Source of the DNA: Burkholderiales bacterium | GTDB taxonomy: Bacteria > Pseudomonadota > Gammaproteobacteria > Burkholderiales > Gallionellaceae | Direction: 5' to 3' | Assembly (NCBI GenBank): GCA_038205615.1 | Contig: JBBRBS010000001.1 | Location: forward strand, 16,174 to 80,173 | Length of the DNA: 64,000 nt | Shown here: positions 19,755 through 31,106 of the stretch, piece by piece | Layout: each line of letters starts with the position of its first letter | Position numbering within the stretch: position 1 is the stretch's first letter | Made by a program: the position numbers and the translations under genes | The notes under the pieces: generated by a model | Databases searched by the model: none | What the model was told of the DNA's origin: nothing | Seen by the model: the letters and a program-made list of their open reading frames with translations, nothing else

Positions 19755-20768
19755 ATGTCCAGCTTTGCTTCATCTCTTATCCAATGGCAACGCGGTCATG
19801 GTCGTCACGGTTTGCCGTGGCAGCATGCCGATGCCTACCGCGTCTGGCTGTCCGAGGTCATGCTGCAACAGACGCAGGTTGCTACGGTTATTCCCTATTT
19901 TCAGCGTTTCGTCGCGTCCTTCCCGACGATTGCGGCATTAGCCTGCGCCAGTGAAGAACAGGTGCTGGCGCACTGGAGTGGGCTGGGCTATTACGCAAGA
20001 GGTCGAAATCTGCACCGGGCAGCGCAGATTGTCTTAGCTCTGCACGGCGGCGAGTTCCCGCGCCAGTTTGAACAGATACTCGAATTGCCTGGTATCGGGC
20101 GCTCTACCGCCGCCGCGATTTGTGCGCTGGCATATCAACAGCGTTACGCGATACTCGACGGCAACGTCAAGCGCGTTCTTGCACGCTACGGCGGCGTCAG
20201 TGGATCGCCCGCCATCAAGTCGGTGGAGAGTCTGCTCTGGGAGCTGGCCGAAACGTTGTTGCCACAGCGCGATGTGGATTGCTACACGCAGGCTTTGATG
20301 GATATGGGCGCGACGCTATGTACCCGCAGCAAACCGCTGTGCGGATTGTGTCCGGTGCAAAGTGATTGCGTCGCTTTTCAGACCGGACGCGTGGCTGAAC
20401 TGCCCACCCCGCGCAAGCGCAAGGTCGTACCGGAAAGATGCGCCACATTTTTGTTGATGATGGCAGGAGGCGAAATTTTGCTGGAAAAGCGCGGCCCTTC
20501 CGGTATCTGGGGAGGGCTCTGGAGTCTGCCGCAATTTGACGAAGAGGAAGAGTGGATTGAGTATTCGCAGGGCTGGCAGGTTGACGAGCAAATAGCATTG
20601 CCCGTGTTGGTGCACACCTTTACTCATTTCAAATTAAACATCACCCCGCTGCTGCTGACACTTGCACATAAACCGCACGGTTTGCAAGGCGTGTGGTTGG
20701 ACGTGGGGGAGGCATTGGCTGCTGCGATTCCAACACCAGTCAGGCGGCTGCTGGAAGGACTTCGATGA
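19755..20768 (+). CDS. mutY: A/G-specific adenine glycosylase
   Basis: VWLSEVMLQQTQV, WSGLGYY, LPGIGRSTA HhH, CxxxxxxCxxCxxxxxC Fe-S motif, HTFTHF. Confidence 0.96.
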   Translation: MSSFASSLIQWQRGHGRHGLPWQHADAYRVWLSEVMLQQTQVATVIPYFQRFVASFPTIAALACASEEQVLAHWSGLGYYARGRNLHRAAQIVLALHGGEFPRQFEQILELPGIGRSTAAAICALAYQQRYAILDGNVKRVLARYGGVSGSPAIKSVESLLWELAETLLPQRDVDCYTQALMDMGATLCTRSKPLCGLCPVQSDCVAFQTGRVAELPTPRKRKVVPERCATFLLMMAGGEILLEKRGPSGIWGGLWSLPQFDEEEEWIEYSQGWQVDEQIALPVLVHTFTHFKLNITPLLLTLAHKPHGLQGVWLDVGEALAAAIPTPVRRLLEGLR

Positions 20769-20811
20769 GAACGACGACCCATTTTGGTGAAAATATTTAA
20801 TCGGAGTCGCT

Positions 20812-21297
20812 ATGAAAAATCAATTGAGCGCACAGTTTATTGCGTCATTCTTTGCAGTATCCCCTTTGATGGCTGCAGAAGAGGTTTCTGTCGGGCAGGC
20901 ATTATATCTGCCTGTTTATTCCCATATCTGGCACGGTGACCGCATCGGGGGGGGCAAGTCTCCTGCAAAGAGCACGGTGTCCGTGCTGGTCAGCATACGC
21001 AATACCAGTCTGAAAATACCCATTAGGGTTTTTTCGGCGCGCTATTACAGTACTGAGGGTCGCCTGCTCAAGGAATATTTATCCAAGCCGGTAACAATCA
21101 GTGAGATGGGTACGCTGGAGCTGTTTGTGGAGCGCCGTGAATCGGAGGGCGGTTCGGGTGCGAATTTTGTGATTCAATGGGATTCTGCTGCTGCTACTAA
21201 TCCTCCCATGGTAGAAGCCGTGCATGCGGATATCAGGGGTGGCAGTCATGCACTGATTTTTATCACTACGGCGCACGCGATTAATCCTGATAAGTAA
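20812..21297 (+). CDS. DUF3124 family protein
   Basis: YLPVYSHI, SIRNT, YYSTEG, GGSGANFVIQW, P.VEAV motifs. Confidence 0.8.
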   Translation: MKNQLSAQFIASFFAVSPLMAAEEVSVGQALYLPVYSHIWHGDRIGGGKSPAKSTVSVLVSIRNTSLKIPIRVFSARYYSTEGRLLKEYLSKPVTISEMGTLELFVERRESEGGSGANFVIQWDSAAATNPPMVEAVHADIRGGSHALIFITTAHAINPDK

Positions 21298-21335
21298 GGA
21301 TTCAGCAGGACGTATTTACCGCTAGTTGATGCGAG

Positions 21336-23312
21336 TCAGGGTTTGCCCTGGTGCAGCCAGGCTTCGGCTACCTGTAGTTCTTCCGGCAGGCCGAGCAGAA
21401 CCAGCACATCCCCGGATTGCAGGATCATCTCCTCGCTGGGTTGGGCGCCGTGTACGTTGTAGCGACGCAACGCCTTGACTTCGATGTTCAAGGTGTCCAG
21501 TTCAGCCTCGATCAGGCGTTTTCCCACCGCAAGCGAATCGGGCTTGAGAAGTACGTTCAAAAAACGAGGTTGCATTTCGTCGCTGATTTCGATGCCATCG
21601 TTTTGTATTCCATTCGCGTAACCGCTAAACATTGCATAACGACGCGCCCGGTTTTCCTGAACGTGGCGGATAACGCGATTGAGTGGTACGCCTGCCAGCA
21701 GCAAAGCCTGGGAGGCGAGCATCACACTGCCTTCGAGTACTTCGGCGACAACCTCGGCAGCTCCCGCGCTTTTGAGTATCTCCAGATTGGTATCGTCATT
21801 GGTGCGCACCACTACAGGCAAGTCCGGGCGCAATTCCTTGACGTGACGCAAAATGGACAGGGCGGAATGTTTGTCTGTGTAAGTCACGACCAGTACTTTT
21901 GCGCGCATCAGACCTGCGGCCATCAGCACTTCGCGTTTGGCCGCGTCGCCATACACCACGCTTTTATTGGCGGCAGCTGCTTCGCGTACGCGGTGCGAGT
22001 CGAGATCAAGTGCGATGAAACGCAGTTTTTCCGCTTCCAGTATGCTGGCAAGCTTCTGTCCGCTGCGGCCATAACCGCACAGGATGATGTGGCCTGTGCT
22101 CGACATGCTGTGGATCGCGATCTGGTGCATCTGCAAGGCGCGGTTGGTCCATTCGGCGGCCGAAAAACGGCGCGCAATGGCTTCCCCATATTGGATCAGG
22201 AAAGGCGCGGCCAGCATGGACAGCAACATCGTGGCGAGCGTGATTTGCATCGTGGCGCCGTGCAATAAATGCGATTCTTCGGCCAGCGTCAGCAGCACGA
22301 AGCCGAATTCTCCTGCTTGAGCAAGACCAATGCCGCTGCGCAACGCGACGCCCCAGTCGCCTTCAAAAGCGCGTGCCAGCAGCGTGATCAGCAGTGCCTT
22401 GAGCAGGATCAACATGGTCAGCGCCAGCAGTATCCAGACAAGGTTGGAAAGCACGCTTGCTAGATTGAGCATCATGCCTATCGTGACGAAGAAAAGCCCC
22501 AGCAAGACATCGCGGAACGGCTTGATGTCCTCTTCCACTTGATAACGGTATTCGGTCTCCGAAATCAGCATGCCGGCCACGAAAGCGCCCAGCGCCAGAG
22601 ACAGGCCTGCCAGTTCGGTCAAATAAGCCAGACCCAGCGTGATGAACAGTACATTCAGCGTAAAGAGTTCGGAAGATTTCTGGCTGGCCACGACGTGAAA
22701 CCAGCGGCGCATGATGCGCTGGCCGAATACCAGCAAGATCAGCAGTACCGCTGCAGCCTTGAGCATAGCGAAGCTCAGGGTGGCCGGAAGATCGGCGGTT
22801 TGGGAGGCTAAGGCGGGAATGATGATCAGCAGTGGGACGACGGCCAGATCCTGAAACAGCAGCACGCCCATCATCTGCTGACCATAAGGCAGGTTGAGCT
22901 CGGCGCGTTCGACCAGCATTTTGCTGACAATTGCGGTTGATGACATCGCCAGGATGCCACCTAGTGCTAAGCCTACGCGCCAGTCTATATCAAACAGCCA
23001 GACGATGCCCATGACCAGCAGTATCGTAACTAGCACCTGCGCGCCGCCTAAACCGAATACGGTTCGATGCATCGCTTTAAGGCGGGTCAGGCTAAATTCC
23101 AGGCCGATGCTGAACATCAGGAAGACCACGCCAAATTCTGCCAGATGGCGTGTGCTGGGTGTGTCGGGAATCCAGCCGAAGGCATGCGGGCCGATCAGTA
23201 TGCCTACCGTGAGATAGCCCAGCATCACCGGCAAACGCAGGATGCGGCAAACCACCACGACCAGAACGGCGGTGGCGAGCAGTATGAGTACGAGTGAGAG
23301 TGAGTTGTCCAT
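21336..23312 (-). CDS. CPA2 family monovalent cation:proton antiporter with TrkA-N and TrkA-C domains (Kef-like)
   Basis: LAEFGVVFLMFSIGLE, LLFQD, GAFVAG, AQAGEFGFV, CGYGRSG Rossmann motif. Confidence 0.92.
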   Translation of the reverse strand: MDNSLSLVLILLATAVLVVVVCRILRLPVMLGYLTVGILIGPHAFGWIPDTPSTRHLAEFGVVFLMFSIGLEFSLTRLKAMHRTVFGLGGAQVLVTILLVMGIVWLFDIDWRVGLALGGILAMSSTAIVSKMLVERAELNLPYGQQMMGVLLFQDLAVVPLLIIIPALASQTADLPATLSFAMLKAAAVLLILLVFGQRIMRRWFHVVASQKSSELFTLNVLFITLGLAYLTELAGLSLALGAFVAGMLISETEYRYQVEEDIKPFRDVLLGLFFVTIGMMLNLASVLSNLVWILLALTMLILLKALLITLLARAFEGDWGVALRSGIGLAQAGEFGFVLLTLAEESHLLHGATMQITLATMLLSMLAAPFLIQYGEAIARRFSAAEWTNRALQMHQIAIHSMSSTGHIILCGYGRSGQKLASILEAEKLRFIALDLDSHRVREAAAANKSVVYGDAAKREVLMAAGLMRAKVLVVTYTDKHSALSILRHVKELRPDLPVVVRTNDDTNLEILKSAGAAEVVAEVLEGSVMLASQALLLAGVPLNRVIRHVQENRARRYAMFSGYANGIQNDGIEISDEMQPRFLNVLLKPDSLAVGKRLIEAELDTLNIEVKALRRYNVHGAQPSEEMILQSGDVLVLLGLPEELQVAEAWLHQGKP

Positions 23313-23485
23313 CAGTTATGAGTGCGATTCAAGCGCCCCGATAATGCAGCACAAATGCCCAGTTTGCAAAGTTAATAGTGATTGAGCAGAAAATACAATG
23401 GCTAAGAGTGCAAGGGTCTTAAACGCACAACGGTGGATTTGCAATCAAGGTTGTTGCGTGAACGACTGGCGTCTGGCAGCTACCT

Positions 23486-23494
23486 TGCTATAAT
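23486..23494 (+). promoter_or_regulatory. Extended -10 promoter 6 nt before kdsD ATG (leaderless candidate)
   Basis: TGC-TATAAT-GCGCGC-ATG, no SD. Confidence 0.65.
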
Positions 23495-23500
23495 GCGCGC

Positions 23501-24487
23501 ATGAATAAATTTCTTGCCGATGCGCCGCGCGCGCTTCTCTTGGGTCGTCAGGTTCTGGATATCGAAGCCGCCGCTGTTCAAGCGTTAAGCACACGTCTGG
23601 ACGATAATTTTCTGCATGCGCTGGATCTGATTCTGCGCTGCGAAGGGCGCGTGATCGTCAGTGGCATGGGAAAGTCCGGGCATATCGCGCGCAAAATTGC
23701 GGCGACGATGTCCAGCACCGGTACGCCAGCCTATTTCGTGCATCCTGGGGAAGCCAGTCATGGCGATCTCGGGATGGTTGCAGGCGAAGATGTTTTTATC
23801 GCATTGTCTTATTCGGGTGAAAGCCAGGAGCTGATGACGATCGTGCCTATCCTAAAACGGCAGGGCGCGAAACTGATCAGCATGACCGGAAATCCAGCCT
23901 CCAGCTTGGCTAAAGTGGCCGATGTGCATCTGAATGCAGCGGTTGACAAGGAGGCCTGCCCGATGGGCTTGGCGCCAACCGCTAGTACAACAGCATCCTT
24001 GGCGCTGGGCGACGCGCTGGCCGTCGCGTTGCTCGATGCCAAGGGTTTCAATGCAGAGAATTTTGCCCGTTCTCACCCCGGCGGCAGTCTGGGGCGGCGT
24101 CTGCTGACGCTGGTGCGCGATATCATGCGCAGCGGTACGCGCATGCCGATGGTGTTTGAGGATGTCATGCTGAGCACCGCGCTGATGGAAATGTCCCGAA
24201 AAGGCGTCGGCATGACCGCGATCGTCGATAAAGACGAAACCGTGCTGGGCATTTTTACGGATGGCGACTTGCGCCGTACGCTGGAGAAAAATCTTGATTT
24301 TGGCAGTACGCCGGTGAAGAGCGTGATGTCCGCTAACCCGCGCTGCATTAGCGCTGACAGCCTGGCGGTTGAGGCGGTACAGCTGATGGAGCAATACAAT
24401 ATCAATCAGATGCTGGTGGTGAATGAACAGCATCGGCTGGTCGGAGCACTGAATATGCACGACCTGCTGCACGCCAAGGTTATTTAA
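23501..24487 (+). CDS. kdsD: Arabinose-5-phosphate isomerase (KpsF/GutQ)
   Basis: GMGKSGH, HPGEASHGDLG, APTASTT, SHPGGSLG, two CBS domains. Confidence 0.95.
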   Translation: MNKFLADAPRALLLGRQVLDIEAAAVQALSTRLDDNFLHALDLILRCEGRVIVSGMGKSGHIARKIAATMSSTGTPAYFVHPGEASHGDLGMVAGEDVFIALSYSGESQELMTIVPILKRQGAKLISMTGNPASSLAKVADVHLNAAVDKEACPMGLAPTASTTASLALGDALAVALLDAKGFNAENFARSHPGGSLGRRLLTLVRDIMRSGTRMPMVFEDVMLSTALMEMSRKGVGMTAIVDKDETVLGIFTDGDLRRTLEKNLDFGSTPVKSVMSANPRCISADSLAVEAVQLMEQYNINQMLVVNEQHRLVGALNMHDLLHAKVI

Positions 24488-24538
24488 GTCCGCATTGCTA
24501 CACGCTACTGGCTACCAGCCGGTTTTTGGGGAGATTTT

Positions 24539-25057
24539 ATGTTTTTAAGCCGTGCTAAATTGATACGCCTGGTCGCCTTTGATGTGGATGGCGTGATGAC
24601 GGATGGCGGATTATTTCTGTCCGATTCTGGCGAAGAAATGAAACGTTTCAACTCGCTGGACGGGCATGGCATAAAAATGCTGCGTGCCAGCGGTGTCGAG
24701 GTTGCCATCATCACAGGCCGCACCTCGCGCTGTGTCGAGATACGTGCGCAGAATCTGGGTATTACCCATGTCTATCAAGGCGTGGAGCGCAAACTCGACG
24801 CCATGGTTGATTTGCTGGGTAAGCTGGAGCTGTCGCGTGATGCCGCAGCGTACATGGGCGATGACGTTGTTGACCTGTGCGTGATGCGTCATGTGGGGCT
24901 TGCGATTACTGTGCCTCAGTCGCCGGAACTGGTGCGTGAGCATTCTCACTATGTGACGCAGCGCAGCGGCGGCTATGGCGCGGTACGCGAAGCTTGTGAG
25001 CTGATCATGTCGGCACAGGGCACGCTGGGTGCACAGTTGGCGCCCTATTTGAAATGA
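24539..25057 (+). CDS. kdsC: KDO 8-phosphate phosphatase
   Basis: DVDGVMTDG HAD motif, YMGDD..D, GGYGAVRE. Confidence 0.95.
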   Translation: MFLSRAKLIRLVAFDVDGVMTDGGLFLSDSGEEMKRFNSLDGHGIKMLRASGVEVAIITGRTSRCVEIRAQNLGITHVYQGVERKLDAMVDLLGKLELSRDAAAYMGDDVVDLCVMRHVGLAITVPQSPELVREHSHYVTQRSGGYGAVREACELIMSAQGTLGAQLAPYLK

Positions 25058-25635
25058 ATGCAGTATCCCGGTCACGCTACTGGCTGCCGCTCTTACCTTT
25101 ATTGGCGCTGCTGGCATTTGTCTACTGGCTGGATCAGCAGGTGCAGCAGGAGATTGCAGTTGCTGCGAATAACCAGCGTCACGATCCTGACGGCATCATG
25201 GATAATTTCCATTCAACCAAAATGGATCGGCTGGGTGTGCCGCGCTTTCTGTTGTCCGCGAAGCAGTTAAGGCATTATCCCGATCATGACAGCACCGAAC
25301 TCGACTTGCCACGACTGACGATGCTGAACAAGGTAAATCCCCCCGTTCACATGAACGGGATACGCGGTAATGTGTCCAGTCGAGGCGATGAGGTGATTTT
25401 TCGCGACGATGTCAGCGTGCTGCGCGAAGCGGTTGGTGATCAATCTGCAATGACCCTGACAACCGAGTATCTGCGTGTCTTGCCGAGTCAGGACTGGGCC
25501 GATACCGACAGAGCTGTTACGATTGTCGATGCAAACAGTACCGTGCATGCAATCGGTCTGGAAATGGATAATAAAACGCGTATCCTGAAACTACTCTCAC
25601 AAGTCAGAAGTGAACATTTACCCCATGCAAAATAG
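25054..25635 (+). CDS. lptC: LPS export periplasmic protein LptC
   Basis: N-terminal TM, jellyroll signature LTTEYL..TD..V; operon position. Confidence 0.88.
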   Translation: MNAVSRSRYWLPLLPLLALLAFVYWLDQQVQQEIAVAANNQRHDPDGIMDNFHSTKMDRLGVPRFLLSAKQLRHYPDHDSTELDLPRLTMLNKVNPPVHMNGIRGNVSSRGDEVIFRDDVSVLREAVGDQSAMTLTTEYLRVLPSQDWADTDRAVTIVDANSTVHAIGLEMDNKTRILKLLSQVRSEHLPHAK

Positions 25636-26170
25636 ATTGTTGCTCCTCCTGCTGTTACTTGCCTCCCCGTTATGTCATGCAGAACGTGCCGATCGCGAAA
25701 AACCTATCAATATTGATTCGGATCAGGCTCAGGTCGATGATGCGAATCAGATTAGCACCTTCACGGGCAGCGTGGTGTTGATCCAGGGTACGATGGTTAT
25801 ACGCTCCGAAAAACTCGTCGTGACGCAGGATAAGGCCGGTTTCAAGCACGGGACGGCCTATGGGCACACTGCAAGCTTCAGGCAAAAGCGCGAAGGCTTG
25901 AATGAATATGTGGAAGGTTACGGTGAGCGAATCGAATATGACACACGTGCGGATACGGTAGATTTTTACATTCAGGCCAGAGTCAAGCGCGATCAGGATG
26001 AGGTGCGCGGAGAACACGTTACCTACAATTCGAAAACCGAAATTTTTAAGGCGGACAGTAAGGATGCAGTAGCGGGTGGCGGTGCGCCAAAACGGGTGCA
26101 TGCGGTGCTGTACCCGAAGCCTAAATCAGGCGATGAGACGGTAATCAAACCGGCAGCGGAGAGCAAATGA
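25625..26170 (+). CDS. lptA: LPS transport periplasmic protein LptA
   Basis: Signal peptide, [32 protein letters not shown]. Confidence 0.92.
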   Translation: MQNRLLLLLLLLASPLCHAERADREKPINIDSDQAQVDDANQISTFTGSVVLIQGTMVIRSEKLVVTQDKAGFKHGTAYGHTASFRQKREGLNEYVEGYGERIEYDTRADTVDFYIQARVKRDQDEVRGEHVTYNSKTEIFKADSKDAVAGGGAPKRVHAVLYPKPKSGDETVIKPAAESK

Positions 26171-26889
26171 GCGAATTACGCGCTGTTGGTCTGAAAAAGA
26201 AATATGGGTTGCGCACCGTGGTGCATGACGCGTCATTATCGGTAAAAAGCGGTGAAGTGGTCGGCCTGCTGGGGCCGAACGGCGCGGGAAAAACTACCTC
26301 GTTTTATATGATTGTGGGCCTGGTTGCTGCCGATGGCGGAAAAATAACAATTGATAATCAAGATATTACACACATGCCAATTCATCGGCGTGCGCGTTTA
26401 GGGCTGGGCTACTTGCCACAGGAAGCGTCTATTTTCAGACGCATGAGCGTGGCGCAAAATATTCAGGCGGTGCTCGAGTTACAGGACTTGTCAGATGAGG
26501 ACATTGAGCGCCGTCTTGAAGAGTTGCTGCAGGATTTGCATATCGAGGCGATACGGAATAATCCGGCGATCAGCCTGTCAGGCGGTGAGCGTCGGCGGGT
26601 GGAAATCGCCCGCGCGCTTGCAACCGACCCACGCTTCATCCTGCTCGATGAGCCCTTTGCCGGCGTTGATCCGATTGCCGTACTGGACATTCAAAAAATC
26701 ATTTGTTTTCTCAAAGAGCGCAATATCGGCGTGCTGATCACCGATCATAATGTGCGCGAAACGCTGGGAATTTGCGACCGCGCTTATATCATTAACGCCG
26801 GATCAGTGATGGCAGAAGGCAAACCGGATGAAATCATCTACAATGAAGGTGTAAGGAAAGTCTATCTGGGTGAAAACTTCAAGCTTTGA
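26167..26889 (+). CDS. lptB: LPS export ABC transporter ATPase
   Basis: [54 protein letters not shown]. Confidence 0.97.
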   Translation: MSELRAVGLKKKYGLRTVVHDASLSVKSGEVVGLLGPNGAGKTTSFYMIVGLVAADGGKITIDNQDITHMPIHRRARLGLGYLPQEASIFRRMSVAQNIQAVLELQDLSDEDIERRLEELLQDLHIEAIRNNPAISLSGGERRRVEIARALATDPRFILLDEPFAGVDPIAVLDIQKIICFLKERNIGVLITDHNVRETLGICDRAYIINAGSVMAEGKPDEIIYNEGVRKVYLGENFKL

Positions 26890-26972
26890 GGTGATATCCC
26901 GGAAGAACGATCCCAGCTACTGACGGGTATGGAAAAGTTAACACCATCTGATAATGAATCTCGTCATGCCCG

Positions 26973-27044
26973 TTTCCCTATTTTCGACTTTCCCCACCAA
27001 GCGGGTGAAAGGGCAATCGGATTGCTACGCAAGTTTCAAGTTAA
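26973..27044 (+). repeat. Degenerate REP-like element (family with 9688-9794 and 62974-63035)
   Basis: TTTCCCT..CAAGCGGG..GCTACGCAAGTTTCAAGTTAA aligns with the reverse complement of 62974-63035. Confidence 0.55.
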
Positions 27045-27051
27045 TTAAGTA

Positions 27052-28485
27052 ATGAAAGCCTCTCTACAACTTCGCGTGTCACAGCAGCTGTCGCTCACGC
27101 CTCAGTTGCAGCAGTCAATCCGTCTGCTTCAGCTTTCAACTCAGGATATGCAGCAGGAAGTCGCACGCATGCTCGATGAAAATCCCATGCTGGAATTAAC
27201 CGAGGATTTTGCATTCAATAATTTCTCCGCAGAGCCGGGCGCCGGCGCAAAAATCCGTGAGACTAGCGATACGGATACGGGCCGAAGCGAAGATAATAGC
27301 CGCAGTGATGAGGATCGAACATCCATTGAAGCCTTTGAATGGAACACGGCAGGACACAGCGTCGATGATGAAAACGAGGCTTATCCCGAACAGGCCGCGC
27401 TTCAGGCCAGCATGCGTGAGTATCTGCATAGTCAGTTATCCATCAGTCAGCTGGACTATAAAGACCAGCAAGTCATAGGTATGCTGATCGACGCGCTGGA
27501 TGAAAATGGCTATATGGCACAGGATCTGGCGGAGCTGGCCGAGCTTTTGCCTGTAGAGCTTGCCATCACGCTCGATGACCTTGAAACGGCCCTGGTGCAA
27601 TTGCAGTACCTCGATCGGCCGGGCATAGGCGCACGCACGTTAAGTGAATGTCTGTTGCTGCAACTTAAGGCCTTGCCCCAAGACACGCCACAACGTGATC
27701 TGGCAATTAGCCTGGTAAGTCATCATATCGATCTGGTTGCCTCGCATGATTATGCAAGGATCAAGAAACTGTTGCGATGCTCGGACGACAATTTGCGTGC
27801 CGCACAAAATCTGATTGTCAGCCTGAATCCCAAACCTGGCGATGCATTCGATTCGAGTGTTGCCGATTATGTTGTTCCTGATGTCATCGTTGAAAAACAC
27901 AAGGGGAAGTGGCGTGCAAGGCTTAATGCGGACGCGATGCCCCGGCTGCGCGTCAATCAGATGTATGCGAATATTCTGCAGCAGCGGGATGATAAGTCGG
28001 GTGCACCACTGGTTGCGCAGTTGCAGGAAGCCAGCTGGTTAATTAAAAGTCTGCGGCAACGCTTTGAGACCATCTTGCGGGTAGCCCAGGCTGTCGTGGA
28101 ACGGCAGGGGGCTTTTCTGGAGCATGGGGAAATCGCCATGCGGCCTCTGGCGTTGCGGGAAATAGCTGACGCGCTGGAGTTGCACGAATCAACCATATCG
28201 CGCGGTACCACGCAAAAATTTATGCGTACACCGCGTGGCATATATGAATTTAAGTATTTCTTTGGCAGCGGTTTAGTCACGGAAAGCGGGGGCGTCTGTT
28301 CTTCTGCCGCAGTACGCGAACTGATCAAGCAATTGGTCAGCGCAGAAGATCCATGCAAACCACTTACGGACGGACGTATGTCAGAAATCCTGGCGCAGCA
28401 GGGCATCGTAGTTGCCCGCCGCACCATAGCAAAGTACCGGGAAGCATTGCATATACTCCCGGTAAATCTCCGTAAATCACTCTAA
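27052..28485 (+). CDS. rpoN: RNA polymerase sigma-54 factor
   Basis: LTPQLQQSIRLLQLS region I, HESTISR, ARRTIAKYRE RpoN box. Confidence 0.97.
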   Translation: MKASLQLRVSQQLSLTPQLQQSIRLLQLSTQDMQQEVARMLDENPMLELTEDFAFNNFSAEPGAGAKIRETSDTDTGRSEDNSRSDEDRTSIEAFEWNTAGHSVDDENEAYPEQAALQASMREYLHSQLSISQLDYKDQQVIGMLIDALDENGYMAQDLAELAELLPVELAITLDDLETALVQLQYLDRPGIGARTLSECLLLQLKALPQDTPQRDLAISLVSHHIDLVASHDYARIKKLLRCSDDNLRAAQNLIVSLNPKPGDAFDSSVADYVVPDVIVEKHKGKWRARLNADAMPRLRVNQMYANILQQRDDKSGAPLVAQLQEASWLIKSLRQRFETILRVAQAVVERQGAFLEHGEIAMRPLALREIADALELHESTISRGTTQKFMRTPRGIYEFKYFFGSGLVTESGGVCSSAAVRELIKQLVSAEDPCKPLTDGRMSEILAQQGIVVARRTIAKYREALHILPVNLRKSL

Positions 28486-28498
28486 AAAGGAACATAAA

Positions 28499-28825
28499 AT
28501 GAACCTCCAAATAACCGGACGTCACCTGGAAATCACACCCGCTATTCGCGAATATGCGACTGAAAAGTTCAGCAAGATCAAGCGCCATTTCGACAATGTC
28601 ATTGATGTGAATATCATTCTGTCGGTTGAGAAATTGATGCAAAAGGCAGAAGCGACCGTACATGTCACCGGCAAGAACGTTTTCGTTGAATGCGAAGATG
28701 AGAATTTGTACGCCGCAATTGACGCACTGGTTGACAAGCTGGATCGCCAGGTGATCAAGCACAAGGAAAAAATGTCAGATCGTCGTCATGATGAAACGGC
28801 TAGCCAGGTTGCAGTAGAGGAATAA
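28499..28825 (+). CDS. hpf: Ribosome hibernation promoting factor (RaiA/HPF)
   Basis: MNLQITGRHLEITPAIREY, LYAAIDALVDKLDRQ. Confidence 0.95.
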   Translation: MNLQITGRHLEITPAIREYATEKFSKIKRHFDNVIDVNIILSVEKLMQKAEATVHVTGKNVFVECEDENLYAAIDALVDKLDRQVIKHKEKMSDRRHDETASQVAVEE

Positions 28826-28873
28826 ATCACCACGGGCGGCAGAAATGCCGCCTTTGTCCAAGGCATTAATACG

Positions 28874-29335
28874 ATGAATTTAATCAGCAAAATCCTGGCT
28901 ATCGACAACATTCTGTTGGATACCGAATCAACCAGCAAAAAACGCGTGTTTGAACGCGTGGGATTGCTGTTTGAAAATCAAAAGCAGATCGCGCGCAGTC
29001 AGGTGTTTGACAGCTTGTTCGCCCGAGAAAAGCTGGGTTCGACCGGGCTGGGGCAGGGCGTGGCGATTCCGCATGGCCGTATTCCCAAGTTGCGCGAAGC
29101 GACGGCCGCCTTTGTCAGAACAGATCACCCTATTCCGTTTGATGCGCCGGATGGCAAACCCGTTACACTGATTTTTGTGTTGCTGGTGCCGGAGTTGGCT
29201 ACCGATTTGCATTTGCAATTACTCGGTGAGCTGGCGCAAATGTTCAGCGATACAGATTTTCGGGAAAAATTGCTGGCCTGCGAAGACGCCGGTGGCATAT
29301 ACCAACTATTCTGCGACTGGAACAGCGCAGCATGA
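28874..29335 (+). CDS. ptsN: PTS IIA-like nitrogen regulatory protein
   Basis: REKLGSTGLGQGVAIPHGR, FDAPDGKPV. Confidence 0.95.
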   Translation: MNLISKILAIDNILLDTESTSKKRVFERVGLLFENQKQIARSQVFDSLFAREKLGSTGLGQGVAIPHGRIPKLREATAAFVRTDHPIPFDAPDGKPVTLIFVLLVPELATDLHLQLLGELAQMFSDTDFREKLLACEDAGGIYQLFCDWNSAA

Positions 29336-30270
29336 GCCAGGTGAACATCCGCCAATTGTTTGAAGACAAACAGGTGCGGCTGGAGCTTGTGCGTGTGGCA
29401 GGAAACGATGGCGTTGACCGGATTATAGACAGCGAGGCGGTGGAAGCCTCCAACCGGGAGATGGTCAGCCATCTGAGCCGGATACATCCAAGCTGGGTGC
29501 AAGTGTTGAGTGAAACCGAACTCGATTATCTGAGCAAACTGAGTCCGGACGACCGTGAAAACGTGTTCGAACAAGTTGAACAAAATGGAACAGCCTGTCT
29601 GATCGTGGCAGGTTCGGCCGAAATACCGACTGAACTGATCTCTTTTGCCAATCGATCTGGCATTCCGCTATTCGCTTCTTCCAAGACCAGTGTTCATCTG
29701 ATGTGGTTGATACGTCACTATCTTGCCAAGGAGCTGGCAGAAGCCACTACACGTCACGGCGTCTTCCTGGATGTACTGGGAGTGGGCGTGATGATTACCG
29801 GTGAGAGTGCGGTCGGCAAGAGTGAACTGGGTCTTGAACTTATCACGCGTGGCAGCGGGCTGGTGGCGGATGATGTGGTCGAGTTACACCGCATCGCCCC
29901 TGATACGCTGGAAGGCCGCTGTCCTGAGCTGTTGCGCGACTTTCTCGAAGTGCGTGGATTGGGTATGCTGAACATTCGCACGATGTTCGGTGAGACGGCG
30001 GTGCGGCGCAAAAAGAGTCTGAAGCTCATCGTGCATCTGCACCGTTCGCAAGATGGCGAACTCTCGCAAATGGACAGGCTGCCGCTGGTGGCGACCAATC
30101 AGGAAATTTTGGGCGTGAAAATCAATACGGTGAGTATCCCGGTAGTGGCAGGGCGAAACCTTGCGGTATTGGTGGAAGCTGCGGCGCGCAATTTTGTATT
30201 GCAACAACGCGGCATCAATACCATGCTCGAATTTATCAGCCGTCATGATCAAATGTTAGCAGGCGACTGA
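29332..30270 (+). CDS. hprK: HPr kinase/phosphorylase
   Basis: [37 protein letters not shown]. Confidence 0.95.
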   Translation: MSQVNIRQLFEDKQVRLELVRVAGNDGVDRIIDSEAVEASNREMVSHLSRIHPSWVQVLSETELDYLSKLSPDDRENVFEQVEQNGTACLIVAGSAEIPTELISFANRSGIPLFASSKTSVHLMWLIRHYLAKELAEATTRHGVFLDVLGVGVMITGESAVGKSELGLELITRGSGLVADDVVELHRIAPDTLEGRCPELLRDFLEVRGLGMLNIRTMFGETAVRRKKSLKLIVHLHRSQDGELSQMDRLPLVATNQEILGVKINTVSIPVVAGRNLAVLVEAAARNFVLQQRGINTMLEFISRHDQMLAGD

Positions 30271-31106
30271 TGCAGCTGTTTTTGTTAAGCGGTCTCTCCG
30301 GCTCTGGCAAGAGCGTCGCGCTCAAAGTGCTTGAAGACAGCGGCTTTTACTGTGTAGATAATTTGCCCGCACCGCTGCTGAGCAGTTTGATGGACTATTT
30401 GCTGACGGCAGGATATGACAAGATGGCGGTCAGCATCGATGTGCGCAGTGCCAATAGCGTGCAGAGTTTGCCCGATATCTTGTTGCAGTTACTGCAAAAA
30501 GATATCGCGGTACATGTGATCTTTCTGGATGCAAAGACAGACACACTGGTGCAGCGGTTTTCCGAGACGCGCCGCATGCATCCGCTCAGCGACGGGGTGC
30601 GTACCTTGCCAGAATGTGTACAGTACGAGCGCGAACTGCTCGCCGAAATCAGCAATATCGGACACCACATCGATACCAGCGAGCTTAAAACCAATGCACT
30701 CAGTAACTGGATCAAACAGTTCATTACGCTTGATCGTGCACGACTGACGTTGCTGTTTGAGTCTTTCGGTTTCAAACACGGCATTCCGCTGGATGCCGAT
30801 TTTGTCTTTGACGTACGCTGCCTGCCCAATCCTTACTACGACCCCCTGTTGAGGCCGCTCACAGGGCGGGACGCCCCAGTGGTTGAATTTCTGGAAAACA
30901 CGCCTGCAACACAGGAGATGTTTGCCGACATCAGCCGCTTTGTTGAACGCTGGCTGCCGCACTTCATTGCAGACAATCGCAGTTACGTTACCGTAGCGAT
31001 AGGATGTACCGGAGGACAGCACCGCTCGGTGTATATCAGCGAAAAACTCAGCACCTATTTTCAAACTCGGCAACAGGTCCTGTTGCGTCACCGTGAACTC
31101 TCCTGA
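30270..31106 (+). CDS. rapZ: RNase adapter RapZ
   Basis: [42 protein letters not shown]. Confidence 0.95.
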   Translation: MQLFLLSGLSGSGKSVALKVLEDSGFYCVDNLPAPLLSSLMDYLLTAGYDKMAVSIDVRSANSVQSLPDILLQLLQKDIAVHVIFLDAKTDTLVQRFSETRRMHPLSDGVRTLPECVQYERELLAEISNIGHHIDTSELKTNALSNWIKQFITLDRARLTLLFESFGFKHGIPLDADFVFDVRCLPNPYYDPLLRPLTGRDAPVVEFLENTPATQEMFADISRFVERWLPHFIADNRSYVTVAIGCTGGQHRSVYISEKLSTYFQTRQQVLLRHRELS

